DNA of 64,000 nt from a virus (taxonomy: Duplodnaviria; Caudoviricetes): the IMG/VR virus record IMGVR_UViG_3300037361_000044, positions 32,001 to 96,000 of that record; one strand, 5' to 3'. The notes beneath the pieces are model-generated. The model had not been told where the DNA came from. It searched no databases and worked only from the letters and a program-made list of their open reading frames with translations. Position numbers and translations under genes: made by a program. Of this stretch, positions 1-8,848 are shown in pieces. Positions within the stretch are counted from its first letter, which is position 1; each line of letters opens with the position of its first letter.

Positions 1-165
1 ACAACTGAGTATGCCGCGCAGCAGACGAAGCAGCTAAATCGGCGCGTAGATGTGTCGAAGAGAATTCTGAAAGGCCGCACCGGGTCAGAACGTTTGGCTC
101 AGGCGGCAGTTCAACAGTCAAGTGCACTTGTAGTAACCACAATCAATGACTTTCTGACGGGATGA
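1..165 (+). CDS. partial CDS (3' end), hypothetical
   Basis: Frame 1 is open from base 1 to TGA at 163-165 (...LVVTTINDFLTG*), with an ATGA overlap with the next gene. Confidence 0.6.
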   Translation, partial: TTEYAAQQTKQLNRRVDVSKRILKGRTGSERLAQAAVQQSSALVVTTINDFLTG

Positions 166-524
166 CTATGAACGACTTGGAAGAGACCGGTGTTGAAGCG
201 GCTGTTGAGCAGCCCGATGTACCTGCCGAGGAGTTGAAGGAGGAAGACCCTCCATGCCTGAACTCCACCGTGGCCGTGAAGCTAGGTGATTTGGAGTTCA
301 TGGAGTACGAGCGCAACATAGCGCGCGCACGTGAAGCCCAGTTGACCGTACAGATGTACGAGCGTGAGTTGACGCGTGCCAAGGAGGCATTGGCTAAGGT
401 GGGCCACGCGCACACGCAACACGTAATCCTCATGGCGGCTAAGCATAAAGTCGACTTGAGTGCGATGATGGTGTCCGACGACGGGTTCTTCATGCCAACC
501 CCGCCTCAGGCCCTTCGGAGATAA
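162..524 (+). CDS. coiled-coil hypothetical protein
   Basis: 120-aa ORF, acidic N-terminus plus heptad helix, coupled to both neighbours. Confidence 0.7.
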   Translation: MTMNDLEETGVEAAVEQPDVPAEELKEEDPPCLNSTVAVKLGDLEFMEYERNIARAREAQLTVQMYERELTRAKEALAKVGHAHTQHVILMAAKHKVDLSAMMVSDDGFFMPTPPQALRR

Positions 525-526
525 CC

Positions 527-1564
527 ATGAGCTCAATCGTAGTAAGCCCACTCAGCGCCAACACGACCCCCGCCTTTGAGGTGGTCAACCTGGAGATTCT
601 CGTGAAGAACGAGGACTTCCTGGGCTTCTTCGATCTCATTGAGGTCTGGAGGTCCCGAGGTAACGCGAGTGGGCCCTACGAGGAGTTGACGGCACCCTCG
701 TGGCTGCCGGCGCGCCTACCAAAGACGGCGGGAGATGCGCCTACACCTGCCGTCACTGGCCCGACGGTCAACATCGTGGGTAAGACTTTGGAGTTCGTGC
801 TCAAGGAAAAGGACACGATTCTGGTGTTCTTCTCAGGCACGGACCCCCTGACGTACGCACAGGTGGCAGCTCAGATCACCGCACAGAGCTCAGGGCGTCT
901 GCGCGCCTATGTGGACGAGGATGTCCAGATGACCGTGGAGACGTTGGAGCCGGGCACTGGCGCGGCTCTGCGGGTCCTTCCGGGCGACGCCGCCTCTCTT
1001 TTAGCCCTGCCTTTGACCGAACCCGAGTCGTTGGTCTTCGGGCGCGACGCCCGCATCCAACTCATCAAGGACCTGAACACCTACCGCTTCAGTGACATCT
1101 CCGGCTCCACAGCCTACTACTACAAGACTCGCTTCCGGAATCGATCCACCAGCGCCGTGAGCGAGTTCAGCTTGCCCTTCGGTGTGGCGCAGTCCCTGGG
1201 AGTCAGCCCCGCCAACCTGGTGTGCGGCTACCTGAACCTGGTCTCTTTGGACGGAAAACCTTTGGTGGGGCGTGAGGTGTCCCTCTGCAGCCCCTTCACG
1301 GGGGAGCTGGTGGAAAACCGCTTGTTGGCAGGCAATCCCCTGATGAAGCGGACTGACCACGAGGGGCATGTGGAGTTCACCCTCGTCCGCGGCCAGAAGT
1401 ACGCACTTGCCATCTCGGGTCTAAACCTGGCAAAGGAACTTGTGGCCCCAACCGACTCAGCCGTTAGCTCCTTCTCGCTTGTCAGCGCTTCTGCTGGGAC
1501 GCAAGATGACTACTTCCGAGTGCGAGAGCCAGAAGTCACAGTCATGGAACGGAGACACATCTAA
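527..1564 (+). CDS. putative virion structural protein (beta-rich)
   Basis: 345 aa; C-terminal RTDxxGxVxxxLVRxxxY module shared with 2009..2902. Confidence 0.65.
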   Translation: MSSIVVSPLSANTTPAFEVVNLEILVKNEDFLGFFDLIEVWRSRGNASGPYEELTAPSWLPARLPKTAGDAPTPAVTGPTVNIVGKTLEFVLKEKDTILVFFSGTDPLTYAQVAAQITAQSSGRLRAYVDEDVQMTVETLEPGTGAALRVLPGDAASLLALPLTEPESLVFGRDARIQLIKDLNTYRFSDISGSTAYYYKTRFRNRSTSAVSEFSLPFGVAQSLGVSPANLVCGYLNLVSLDGKPLVGREVSLCSPFTGELVENRLLAGNPLMKRTDHEGHVEFTLVRGQKYALAISGLNLAKELVAPTDSAVSSFSLVSASAGTQDDYFRVREPEVTVMERRHI

Positions 1565-1568
1565 GCCT

Positions 1569-2012
1569 ATGGGGGATCCTTCTTCATTGTTCGGTGGTGA
1601 GAGGCCTGGTCAAGCTTCGGCAGACGACCTAATGGCCCTTCGTCGAGACCTTGGTTTTGACGAAGGCACAGGGGCCCCAATCTTTCCGGCAGGAGAGGTA
1701 GTGTTCGAACCTTTGTCCGTAACGTCAACTTTGATGGGTAATTCAGAGGCTGACGACGAGACGAACGAAGGAGGATCCCCCACCCAACCTCAGATGCACG
1801 TGGAGTACGTGGGCCATGGTGGCAGGAAGATCTTGAAGAAGGTCAACTTCGTGTCGGGCGCATCCGTGCATTACTACTTGAAGCAGACGCACACCACATC
1901 CATCCGCACGCACAATGCGCTGATGGTTGGCGGCAAGAAGGTGCGCATGAATTACGTCCCCAAAGTGGGGGAGCACATCACCCTGCAGCCAGTACGGAGC
2001 GCGCTGTCATGA
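1569..2012 (+). CDS. protein with C-terminal ubiquitin-like (beta-grasp) domain
   Basis: ATG at 1569; GASVHYYLK...LMVGGKKVRMNYVPKVGEHITLQP resembles Ub-Mut7C/ThiS-MoaD; no terminal GG. Confidence 0.5.
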   Translation: MGDPSSLFGGERPGQASADDLMALRRDLGFDEGTGAPIFPAGEVVFEPLSVTSTLMGNSEADDETNEGGSPTQPQMHVEYVGHGGRKILKKVNFVSGASVHYYLKQTHTTSIRTHNALMVGGKKVRMNYVPKVGEHITLQPVRSALS

Positions 2013-2902
2013 ACCTGGAAACCGTCCGCGTACAAGTACTCGACGACACCACGGCGCAGGCCGGCATACCTGGTGTAATCGTACGGTTCTTTGACGCCAC
2101 GAACACCAACATCATTACGCAGGCCACTACGGATGCCGCGGGGGGCGTGGACGTGACGCTGGTTGCACCTGGCGACTACTACGTGCGCTTCTACAAGGAC
2201 AAGGTCGTAATCAAACAGCCGCAATTGCTGCAGGTGCTGCAAGCCCCTCCCGATGGCAACTACTTCCTAGCCAGCGGCCACGTCTATGCACCACCTGAGG
2301 CGCTGAACGCGCGCATGTGCTGCTGCTCTGGCTTCTTTCGAAGGCCTGACAACGCACCAGCGGTGAATCACGACATTCACTTCATCCCCAAGTTCGACCC
2401 GTTGCTGCTTGAGGGCAATGCCATGCTCACGGAGCGCGTGTGCGCTCGTACTGACTCCAGGGGTTACGTACAGGTGGAGCTGGTGCGTTTTGGCCAGTAC
2501 GAGGTGACCGTGGAGGGGCTCGAGGACCAGCAGCGCGTCATTACAATTCCTGACGCACCCAGCGTGAACCTGCCTGACCTTCTCTTCTCTGTGGTGGACC
2601 GCATCGAGTTCGATCCGCCTGGACCCTGGAACATAGGAATTGGGGTTCTGAACGACTTTGTCATCACCCCAACCGTCTACACCTCGGATGGACGCGTACT
2701 GCCTGGCACCGCCATGCAGGACGTGCAGTGGGCGGTCTCTGACCCCTCCGTCGCCGCGGTTCTGCCTGCGGACAAGACCATCGTGCTTCGGGGCATGGCT
2801 CCTGGTTCAACCACCTTGGTGCCCACCCGCTGGGACAACTCGATAGTGAGGATCCCGAATCCACCCATCCAGGACACACCCGTAGCCATCAACGTAAGCT
2901 GA
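2009..2902 (+). CDS. putative virion structural protein with carboxypeptidase-regulatory-like and Ig-like (Big_2) domains
   Basis: TTDAAGGVDVTLVAPGDYYV; C-terminal VQWAVSDPSVAAV...GMAPGSTTL Ig-like motif. Confidence 0.65.
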   Translation: MNLETVRVQVLDDTTAQAGIPGVIVRFFDATNTNIITQATTDAAGGVDVTLVAPGDYYVRFYKDKVVIKQPQLLQVLQAPPDGNYFLASGHVYAPPEALNARMCCCSGFFRRPDNAPAVNHDIHFIPKFDPLLLEGNAMLTERVCARTDSRGYVQVELVRFGQYEVTVEGLEDQQRVITIPDAPSVNLPDLLFSVVDRIEFDPPGPWNIGIGVLNDFVITPTVYTSDGRVLPGTAMQDVQWAVSDPSVAAVLPADKTIVLRGMAPGSTTLVPTRWDNSIVRIPNPPIQDTPVAINVS

Positions 2903-3663
2903 TGCCACACGTGGAGCTCCAGCAAGCCCTGTTGGCGGTGTCCACTGGCTCCGTTGCCTTGCGCCACGCCGCGCGAGCACAGGCGTTTACGTCCCAGCTG
3001 GCTGTACCGGACGGCTTTGCCCTTCACGCGGTGCTGGCACCTCTCCAGCAGCTCCAGCAGCTTCTCGGCGGTCCTCAGCAGCCCAGTAGGCCTCGAAGGG
3101 CCCCCATGCCGAGGGCGAAGCGCGCGCCAAGGGCTGTGGCGCGACCTGGTCTACCTAGGCCTGTGGACCTGGGCGGCTTGGACAAGCGCTTGTCCAAGCT
3201 GCTGGACAACCGGATGTCTCGGGGTCGTCCCGATCCCCAGCTGGAGGCCTCCAACTGCCGGGCATTGCTCTTGGAGGTCATACGGCGGGCGGCATACGAC
3301 TGGGTGCTCTACCGCGGCAGCTCGAAGCTACCCAACAGACTCCTGGCGGAATCGGCGTACCAATGGCTCTTCGTTGAGGAGCCTGGTTCGGTGTCTTGGT
3401 GCAACCGCGGCAAGCATGGGAAGGAGCTGACGGCGTTCGCGGCCATCTGCAGTCAGCTGGACATGGATCCTGACAGCGTGCGGTCTACGGTGAGGGCCCT
3501 GACCGAGAGGGACATCATGGGGGCTGGGCGTCCAGCAGAGCGGCGCAGAGGCAAGGCTGGGGATGAGGTGGCTCACGGGGAAGACCTGCGTGTCTTTGAC
3601 GTGGATGTGGACTCGCTGCCGGTCTTCGACTGCATGTTCGCCCCAGAGCCGTTGGGGGGCTAA
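2902..3663 (+). CDS. conserved phage hypothetical protein
   Basis: 253 aa; LLEVIRRAAYDW...AYQWLF...FAAICSQLDMDPDSVR pattern. Confidence 0.65.
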   Translation: MPHVELQQALLAVSTGSVALRHAARAQAFTSQLAVPDGFALHAVLAPLQQLQQLLGGPQQPSRPRRAPMPRAKRAPRAVARPGLPRPVDLGGLDKRLSKLLDNRMSRGRPDPQLEASNCRALLLEVIRRAAYDWVLYRGSSKLPNRLLAESAYQWLFVEEPGSVSWCNRGKHGKELTAFAAICSQLDMDPDSVRSTVRALTERDIMGAGRPAERRRGKAGDEVAHGEDLRVFDVDVDSLPVFDCMFAPEPLGG

Positions 3664-3690
3664 GCGAAAGCAGCTTGTGGCTGCTTTCTA
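3655..3690. terminator. bidirectional intrinsic terminator
   Basis: GAAAGCAGC-ttgtg-GCTGCTTTC between convergent genes; minus-strand tail TTTCGCTTAGCCCC. Confidence 0.75.
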
Positions 3691-3707
3691 CTTGCTGCGC
3701 GACCCTG

Positions 3708-4784
3708 TTACTGGTTCAGGAAGTCGGCAGCCACGTCCAACGTCATCTTCTCATCTGCAGAAACCAGCGTCAGCTTCCCTGGTACGAAGTCAGCCTCAGT
3801 ACCACAGCGAGCCAAGCCCATCTTCAGGGCCCCGTCCACCAAGCGGAAGTAGCCCTTGCTGCGCCAGTATGGCATGTGTGTCTTGGTCTGCTTAGTGGAC
3901 ATCGTTCGGTAGTACACGCGTGTCGACGCCTTGGGTGCGCCGGGTGCTGGGGTGGCGAAGCTGATGTCCAAGTGGGCTCCATCTATGGCCCAGTCCGGCG
4001 TAGAGCCAGACATGCCGGCGAGGTGCCTCGCCAGCTTGCTCGACAGGTACATGGCTGCCTGATGTTCTTTCTGCGCCTGCGTCCATTGGGGGAACAACTT
4101 GGAATAGCGCTCATCCAAGAAGTCCTTCCAGTCCTGCCCCACGCCGCTCTTCCATCCGGCTGCTTGCACGCCTATCTGGTCGCCCGTGATGAGCGCATGC
4201 TCGAATACGGGGACGTTGTGGTATGCCAGTTCAAGCATCTTTCCGGATTGTTCTACGGCGCTGGACTCACGCCAGGCGGTGAGAAACTTCCCACCCACTC
4301 GCTCCTCCAGCAGGGCGCAGAGTTTGATGAAGTCCTTGCAGTACTGCTCCATCTCGTACGCGCTGTCGATGGGCTCCAAGAAGGTGCCCGTGACATCCTC
4401 GAGGCGGATACGGAAGCTCATGCCTGGCTCGTAGTACTTGCTCACACGCTCCTGTAGGCACACCAGCTTCTGCACTGCAGAGAATTCAGCCAAGTCTACT
4501 TGACCGCTGTTGCTCTTCTTTGGCCCGGCTGCAGACAGCACAGGAATGGGCACTCCACGTGACATGGCAGTTCGAATGACGCCACGAATAAGAACTTGGC
4601 TCTCAGGTGCAGGGCAACCCGCCAAGCGTATGTTGCGTGTACCCATGAACAACTCTGAAATCTTGTCCACTAGGTTCTCATCGTGCTGGAAGCTGGCGCC
4701 AGGCAGCTCGTTGACGAGAAACCGGTCCACCATGTCGTTGACGAATCGAAGCTCGGCACTCGTGCAGTTGTATGTAGCTTGCAT
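3708..4784 (-). CDS. PvcA/DIT1 (isocyanide synthase)-like protein
   Basis: GVPIPVLSAAGPKKS..VDLAEFSAVQKLVCLQERVSKYYEPGMSFRIRLED parallels PvcA GEPIEFVLPAFPAKS..PDMAE..L..L..RI..FYAPGAKITVCSD; GAGGA RBS. Confidence 0.6.
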   Translation of the reverse strand: MQATYNCTSAELRFVNDMVDRFLVNELPGASFQHDENLVDKISELFMGTRNIRLAGCPAPESQVLIRGVIRTAMSRGVPIPVLSAAGPKKSNSGQVDLAEFSAVQKLVCLQERVSKYYEPGMSFRIRLEDVTGTFLEPIDSAYEMEQYCKDFIKLCALLEERVGGKFLTAWRESSAVEQSGKMLELAYHNVPVFEHALITGDQIGVQAAGWKSGVGQDWKDFLDERYSKLFPQWTQAQKEHQAAMYLSSKLARHLAGMSGSTPDWAIDGAHLDISFATPAPGAPKASTRVYYRTMSTKQTKTHMPYWRSKGYFRLVDGALKMGLARCGTEADFVPGKLTLVSADEKMTLDVAADFLNQ

Positions 4785-4795
4785 GTGTTTCCTCC

Positions 4796-5041
4796 TCAGT
4801 TGACGGTGTAGGGGTCGGGCATTACATTCAAAACGCGCGATACGTCTTCGAAGCCGGTGTCGATTTCCACAGCCAGGTAGTGGCGGACACGGCTGACAGG
4901 CACCTCGGGGGTGAGGTGCACAACCACCCCGTGCTCCAGGTAGGTGTCCTGATCCACGACGCGGGCCATGGTGTCGGGTGCCACTTCAATTACCAGCTGT
5001 GGGTCTTTCGGGTCTTGAAGTCGAATCATTGGGTTTCTCAT
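4796..5041 (-). CDS. hypothetical protein
   Basis: 81 aa from ATG 5041, directly downstream of a GGGATAAG promoter. Confidence 0.65.
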   Translation of the reverse strand: MRNPMIRLQDPKDPQLVIEVAPDTMARVVDQDTYLEHGVVVHLTPEVPVSRVRHYLAVEIDTGFEDVSRVLNVMPDPYTVN

Positions 5042-5063
5042 GGGTCGGGTTCCCTCTATTCCT

Positions 5064-5092
5064 CTTATCCCCGATCTGATGGCGTTCTTGCC
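5064..5092 (-). promoter_or_regulatory. class A promoter GGCAAG-N15-GGGATAAG
   Basis: Recurrent motif upstream of 4796..5041. Confidence 0.7.
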
Positions 5093-5114
5093 TCTGGTAG
5101 ACTTGTAGTGGCAC

Positions 5115-5143
5115 CTGAAGACCCGCGCGTTTTGTGGCATAAG
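5115..5143 (+). promoter_or_regulatory. class A promoter CTGAAG-N15-GGCATAAG (leaderless)
   Basis: ATG at 5150 lies 6 nt after the motif. Confidence 0.65.
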
Positions 5144-5149
5144 GCTTGT

Positions 5150-5449
5150 ATGGGCAGAATCATCGACCCCCGACCACCGCAATGGGAGCGCAAGCAACCC
5201 GTCGATGACGTGCGGGAAGACCGCGTCCTATGCCTTGCGGAATCGCTGTTGCGGGTACTCACGGGGGAGACCGATCCCACTGCTGTACAGCTTGCGGCAC
5301 TGCGGCTGGTGCAGAAGGCGGTCATCGGCAACTACTCGAGCGCGATGGGGCTGGACAACGCCAAGGCTGTGCTTGCACAGGCCACTGAGCTTGCCAGCTG
5401 CTACGCGATCAACATCGCGGACTACGGAGACAAGGAACATGGAAAATAG
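5150..5449 (+). CDS. hypothetical protein
   Basis: 99 aa, first gene of a long + strand accessory cluster. Confidence 0.65.
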   Translation: MGRIIDPRPPQWERKQPVDDVREDRVLCLAESLLRVLTGETDPTAVQLAALRLVQKAVIGNYSSAMGLDNAKAVLAQATELASCYAINIADYGDKEHGK

Positions 5450-5633
5450 CGCAGCGGACCTCACCACCATCGCAGTCTTCGATCATCCGAGCACAGTCCC
5501 TTGCTCCATGCCGGGTATGTTGCAGGATGCCTACTCACAGTCGATGGCGGTGGACCTACGTGCGCCGAAGGTACCGGATTTCACGGGTGTCTTTGAAGAA
5601 AGGCACCCGGAGATGAGAAAGAGCGAAGAATGA
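5439..5633 (+). CDS. hypothetical protein
   Basis: AAGGA RBS then ATG 5439. Confidence 0.5.
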   Translation: MENSAADLTTIAVFDHPSTVPCSMPGMLQDAYSQSMAVDLRAPKVPDFTGVFEERHPEMRKSEE

Positions 5634-5655
5634 ATCAACGATACAGAGGACTGCT

Positions 5656-5970
5656 ATGCCTACTACTACTTGCGATGTCGGTGGCAGTAAAGATGCTGCG
5701 CGAGTTGCTGATGAGCCTGGACGCTTCTCCTACTCCCGCCTAGTTGCGGCAAGGGACCATGGTCGGCAGCTCCAGGAGAGGGCAGACCGTGCGCGTAAGG
5801 CCGGGGACTACCGTAAAGCCCTTGCCAGGTACAGCGAGCTATTACCTGTGGTTTCCTTCTTGGAGGAGGCAGGGCAAACTGGATTACCACCAGGGATGTC
5901 CATGCAGCTGCTCCAACGTGGGATTGAGCTGGCTGAAGAGCTGGCCGCTGCCCCTTACTTAGGGGAATGA
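5656..5970 (+). CDS. hypothetical protein, single TPR-like helix pair
   Basis: RADRARKAGDYRKALARYSELL; GAGGA RBS. Confidence 0.55.
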   Translation: MPTTTCDVGGSKDAARVADEPGRFSYSRLVAARDHGRQLQERADRARKAGDYRKALARYSELLPVVSFLEEAGQTGLPPGMSMQLLQRGIELAEELAAAPYLGE

Positions 5971-6716
5971 CGGGTAGGGCAAAGCCCCACTACACAGACG
6001 TGTTGCTTCCTACTGCCGTGCGCGTTTGGTACCGGCTCCACGCAGATGGCTGCAGAGACTTGCACCAGGTGTCTTGCGCGCATGACAGCGTAGGGGCAGC
6101 ACCTGAGTGGTGGGAAGAGGGAGATCTGGAAACTGCGGTAGCCTTGAACAGGCTGACCTGCCGCGTGAAGGTGGGCGGGTTCGAGGTGCATCACCCTTGG
6201 TTGCGCTGGGCGCTGCGCAACGGCATAGCACCTGGGCAGGCTTTCTTAGTGGGTATACCGGAGCCTATCTACAGCGGCGACGGGGAGGACTACGATGAGG
6301 AATGGGAGTACGTAGTGCTTGAGCGGGCTCCCTCAAACAGCGCAGCGATACAGCGTAGGTGGGAAGTGTTCTCTCATCGACTGGCCATGCATCGAGCACT
6401 GGCGGCGGCCTCCTACTTCAGGGGCATTCATCTGGTTCAAGCGGACACTGGGGCCATGTACTTGAGACACACGAACTATCGGCCTTCCTCCGACACCTAC
6501 GGTTTCCCACGTGGTGTACTTCTCAGTCTGTGTACGAGTAGACGAGAGCACATCGATTACTTGGGCTATGCGGTGTCGGACGGCTATCAGCTGGCTTCAG
6601 GCAGGGATGATAGGGGCGGCACAGACACAGCGATGGCTCGGTTGATTGAGGTGGCTTGCGAGCGCTACCCAGCACTGAGCCCACAAGTGATCCAAAGCAT
6701 GAGGGTAAGACATTGA
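5967..6716 (+). CDS. hypothetical protein
   Basis: 249 aa, ATGA-coupled. Confidence 0.65.
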   Translation: MTGRAKPHYTDVLLPTAVRVWYRLHADGCRDLHQVSCAHDSVGAAPEWWEEGDLETAVALNRLTCRVKVGGFEVHHPWLRWALRNGIAPGQAFLVGIPEPIYSGDGEDYDEEWEYVVLERAPSNSAAIQRRWEVFSHRLAMHRALAAASYFRGIHLVQADTGAMYLRHTNYRPSSDTYGFPRGVLLSLCTSRREHIDYLGYAVSDGYQLASGRDDRGGTDTAMARLIEVACERYPALSPQVIQSMRVRH

Positions 6717-7093
6717 ACGCATCGAATGCAGCTCGTGTACGCGTGCTACAGGCGGCCATCGCTTGGTGGAAGGGGTTTCGGCCTCTTTCTTGGTCAGAGG
6801 CAGACCACCTGTGCAACCCAGCCATCAACCAGCTAAGTCCGTTGGGTACGGACAAGACCTTGGCGCGTGCCGTGGCCCGCCTGGTCAAAGAAACGGCACA
6901 GCTGGACGACGCCACGCCACTAATACAAGACCTCTACGATCTGGCACAGGGCAAGAAGATCGACCGCTTCTCTGTGCTACGTCGAGCCGAGGCCTTTCTC
7001 GGCAAACGGGAGGTGCAGGATGACCCGAGGCCTGTTGCACGTGAACGCAGAGGAGCCCTCGGACGTATCACTGGCCTTGCTGGTAGAGGATGA
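6713..7093 (+). CDS. hypothetical protein
   Basis: TTG start overlapping the previous stop. Confidence 0.5.
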   Translation: MNASNAARVRVLQAAIAWWKGFRPLSWSEADHLCNPAINQLSPLGTDKTLARAVARLVKETAQLDDATPLIQDLYDLAQGKKIDRFSVLRRAEAFLGKREVQDDPRPVARERRGALGRITGLAGRG

Positions 7094-7229
7094 GATAGTA
7101 GAGCTTCAGCTACTACAATCCTTTGCTGCGGACCTGGCGCTGCACGAGAAGCTGAGCCCACATGACGCCTTGATAGAAACCGTGAGGTTTGTGAATGACT
7201 TTGAAAAGAAGGCTAAGGCAGAAACGTAA
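7020..7229 (+). CDS. hypothetical protein
   Basis: GGAGG RBS, 69 aa. Confidence 0.5.
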   Translation: MTRGLLHVNAEEPSDVSLALLVEDEIVELQLLQSFAADLALHEKLSPHDALIETVRFVNDFEKKAKAET

Positions 7230-7936
7230 ACGCGCACTACGTAAACTGCGCAAGCGCAGAGCGCTAGTGCAGCGGGAACAGCACCTAGCTCGAGAGACAA
7301 GGATCGCCAGCAGCATGGAGCAGCAGTTGATGGCTGTTCTAGTCATGAAGGCGCAAGCTGCGGCTGCTGAGAAGTTCCGGCAGTCCATGGCGGGTAGGTC
7401 CGTAACGGGCAGATCTATGGGTAAGTCCATGAACTTCGGGCTGCACCTACCGGCAAACAGTCCTTTGGGTACCGAGGAGGCTGAGGAGCTGCTTGCTACA
7501 TGGCTAGGTGCGTTCCCGGAATTAGGTGGGTATCTAAAGGACCCTGCCGCAGCCACCGTAAAGTACGGGCAGGCGGATTGGTCTGCGCTGGAGACTCGCG
7601 TCTTGGATTACGCCAAAAGGGATGCTGCGAGCACGGAAAGGTTGTACAAGCAGACCAATGAAGAGCTGCAAGGCAAAGGCGGGAAAGCACAAGAAGCAGG
7701 GAGACCGTCCTTGTCGGCAGCCATGGCGTGGGCGTACAGCGATATGGCAGGCAAGGAAGTGCGAGCAGGAGATTAGCGAGTACATTCAACGCAAGAACAG
7801 ACCGGCTGCTCCAGCCTTTGAAAAGCTGGCCTTGGCGATGGCCGAGGCGCGTATGGTGCAAGAAATACAACAGACAGAGGATGCGGAATTCCTCAATACT
7901 CTCGCACAGGACTTAGCCAATGTCGTACTTGAATAG
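7195..7936 (+). CDS. mosaic protein with scrambled family A DNA polymerase-like motifs; probable +1 frameshift near 7750
   Basis: TGR, KSMNFG, EAEELLATWLGAFPEL, ADWSALETRVL and DYAKRDA in 7195..7776; coding-like continuation in the next frame to 7936. Confidence 0.45.
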
Positions 7937-8375
7937 CCCAAAAGACCCAATACGCGACGTGCTCAAGGCTATGACAGGAAAAGCTCCACCAGCCTTCGTG
8001 CGCGGCTACACCTGTCACAACCTGCCAGACACCAAGTGGGATGCGTTGCAAAGCTGGGCTGTGAACAATTGCAAACCGTCCTACTTGACGGGCATAGGCC
8101 TTATTGAGGCTGCGCACCAGCAGGTGGATGAGGCTGTCAGTAACGGCAACATCCCGCCACCCGGCTACCCCTGCGGGAACCGCGTGGACTTTGTACTGAA
8201 GCTATTCAGGGCGTTGTCGAAACGGCACGGGGACCTGCTGGTGGAGCTGCGACAGGCCACTATAGAGTTGGCGTACAAGCAGAAGGAGGCAGCAGCCTGT
8301 CCGGTGGAAACCCATACCCGCACCAGGGGTTCGAAAAAGAAGTGGAGGATGCGCGTGTCCTCAACAAGGTCATGA
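7920..8375 (+). CDS. hypothetical protein
   Basis: 151-aa ORF in the cluster. Confidence 0.6.
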   Translation: MSYLNSPKDPIRDVLKAMTGKAPPAFVRGYTCHNLPDTKWDALQSWAVNNCKPSYLTGIGLIEAAHQQVDEAVSNGNIPPPGYPCGNRVDFVLKLFRALSKRHGDLLVELRQATIELAYKQKEAAACPVETHTRTRGSKKKWRMRVSSTRS

Positions 8376-8387
8376 AGGAGCCGCTCG

Positions 8388-8645
8388 ATGAACGAACCGA
8401 GAGTGAAGAATGTCGACCTGTTCTTGATGTGCCTATCCGAGGCAGCAAGTAACAAAGAGCTCCTGGCTGAGTTCGATAGACTCACTGGCTACAACATATC
8501 GCTCAGTGGCCCTGCCATCGTACAGGAGATCGATAAAGCCACTGGGCAACTCGAGGCAGGGGCCAAGGTGTTCTACGAGTTCGTAATGGAAAAGATCTAC
8601 TTGCCCGTGCAGGCGAAGATGGACGAAAGCGAAAAGAAGCAATGA
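8388..8645 (+). CDS. conserved phage hypothetical protein
   Basis: AAGGAG RBS; EFDRLTG...IDKATG motif. Confidence 0.65.
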   Translation: MNEPRVKNVDLFLMCLSEAASNKELLAEFDRLTGYNISLSGPAIVQEIDKATGQLEAGAKVFYEFVMEKIYLPVQAKMDESEKKQ

Positions 8646-8848
8646 AAGAGACCTTCTACGTGACCACGTTCTGCAACCACGCGCACCGGTTGGAAGACGG
8701 CAAGCCCATAGGCCACGAGTGCTATGTATTGCCCACTGCTGCCCTTCACGCTGAGAGGGATGGGAAGCTAGGCCTGGCTGTGGAGCTGCTCGGCAAGTGG
8801 AAGAGGCGGCGAGTACATCGTGGTCTGAAGAGTTGTGCACCCACCTGA
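8642..8848 (+). CDS. small Cys/His protein
   Basis: CNHAH...GHEC, ATGA-coupled. Confidence 0.55.
   Translation: MKETFYVTTFCNHAHRLEDGKPIGHECYVLPTAALHAERDGKLGLAVELLGKWKRRRVHRGLKSCAPT

Noticed and set aside
7195-7776. Functional or split DNA polymerase
   Set aside because: Motifs are out of order, motif C is absent and the protein is far too short
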